64,000 bases of DNA from Phormidium sp. (lineage in GTDB: Bacteria; Cyanobacteriota; Cyanobacteriia; Cyanobacteriales; Aerosakkonemataceae). Location: positions 736,001-800,000 of the forward strand of contig CP143273.1 of NCBI GenBank assembly GCA_051013385.1, read 5' to 3'. Below are positions 63,885 to 64,000 of this stretch, in pieces (the stretch's first letter is position 1; the number at the start of each line of letters is the position of its first letter). Position numbers and translations under genes: made by a program. Below the pieces are notes generated by a model. That model saw nothing but the letters and a program-made list of their open reading frames with translations, had not been told where the DNA came from and did no database searches.

Positions 63885-64000
63885 CAAACCGCAGACACAA
63901 GATCTCAGATCGCAGTTTTATCTAATCTTTTGGCAATCCTAAATCTGGCAAACCTTTAACAATTTTAATTGCCATGTTTTACCCACTCTGTCATATCAAT

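Overview
Chromosomal window from a cyanobacterium, probably a filamentous Oscillatoriales-type strain (abundant HIP1 GCGATCGC, heptamer tandem repeats, GTAG-type REP-like palindromes). Left to right: a 3728-aa fusion of a GT2 glycosyltransferase, a two-partner-secretion (filamentous haemagglutinin-like) passenger and a CHAT protease; AI-2E transporter; ARMT1-like phosphatase; rpsF; an IS200/IS605 element whose tnpA is broken by a 100-bp MITE while tnpB is intact; dedA; cmpABCD directly followed by ndhF3-ndhD3-cupA; Uma2 protein; sensor kinase; a divergent SET/HDAC pair; gshA; trmL; LysM-M23 peptidase; tRNA-Met; GIDE protein; MacAB-like exporter; TPR protein; DivK-like regulator; ParC-like topoisomerase subunit; MalK-like ATPase; a feoA-feoB-HMA2-P1B ATPase-small membrane protein cluster; orphan C5 methyltransferase; dnaK. 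The best candidates for novel biology are the ferrosome (fez)-like iron cluster, the GT2-TpsA-CHAT giant protein, an orphan LexA-boxed promoter between convergent genes, and the immobilised TnpB element with a readable target motif (CTAT). All calls come from motif reading by eye; no searches were run.
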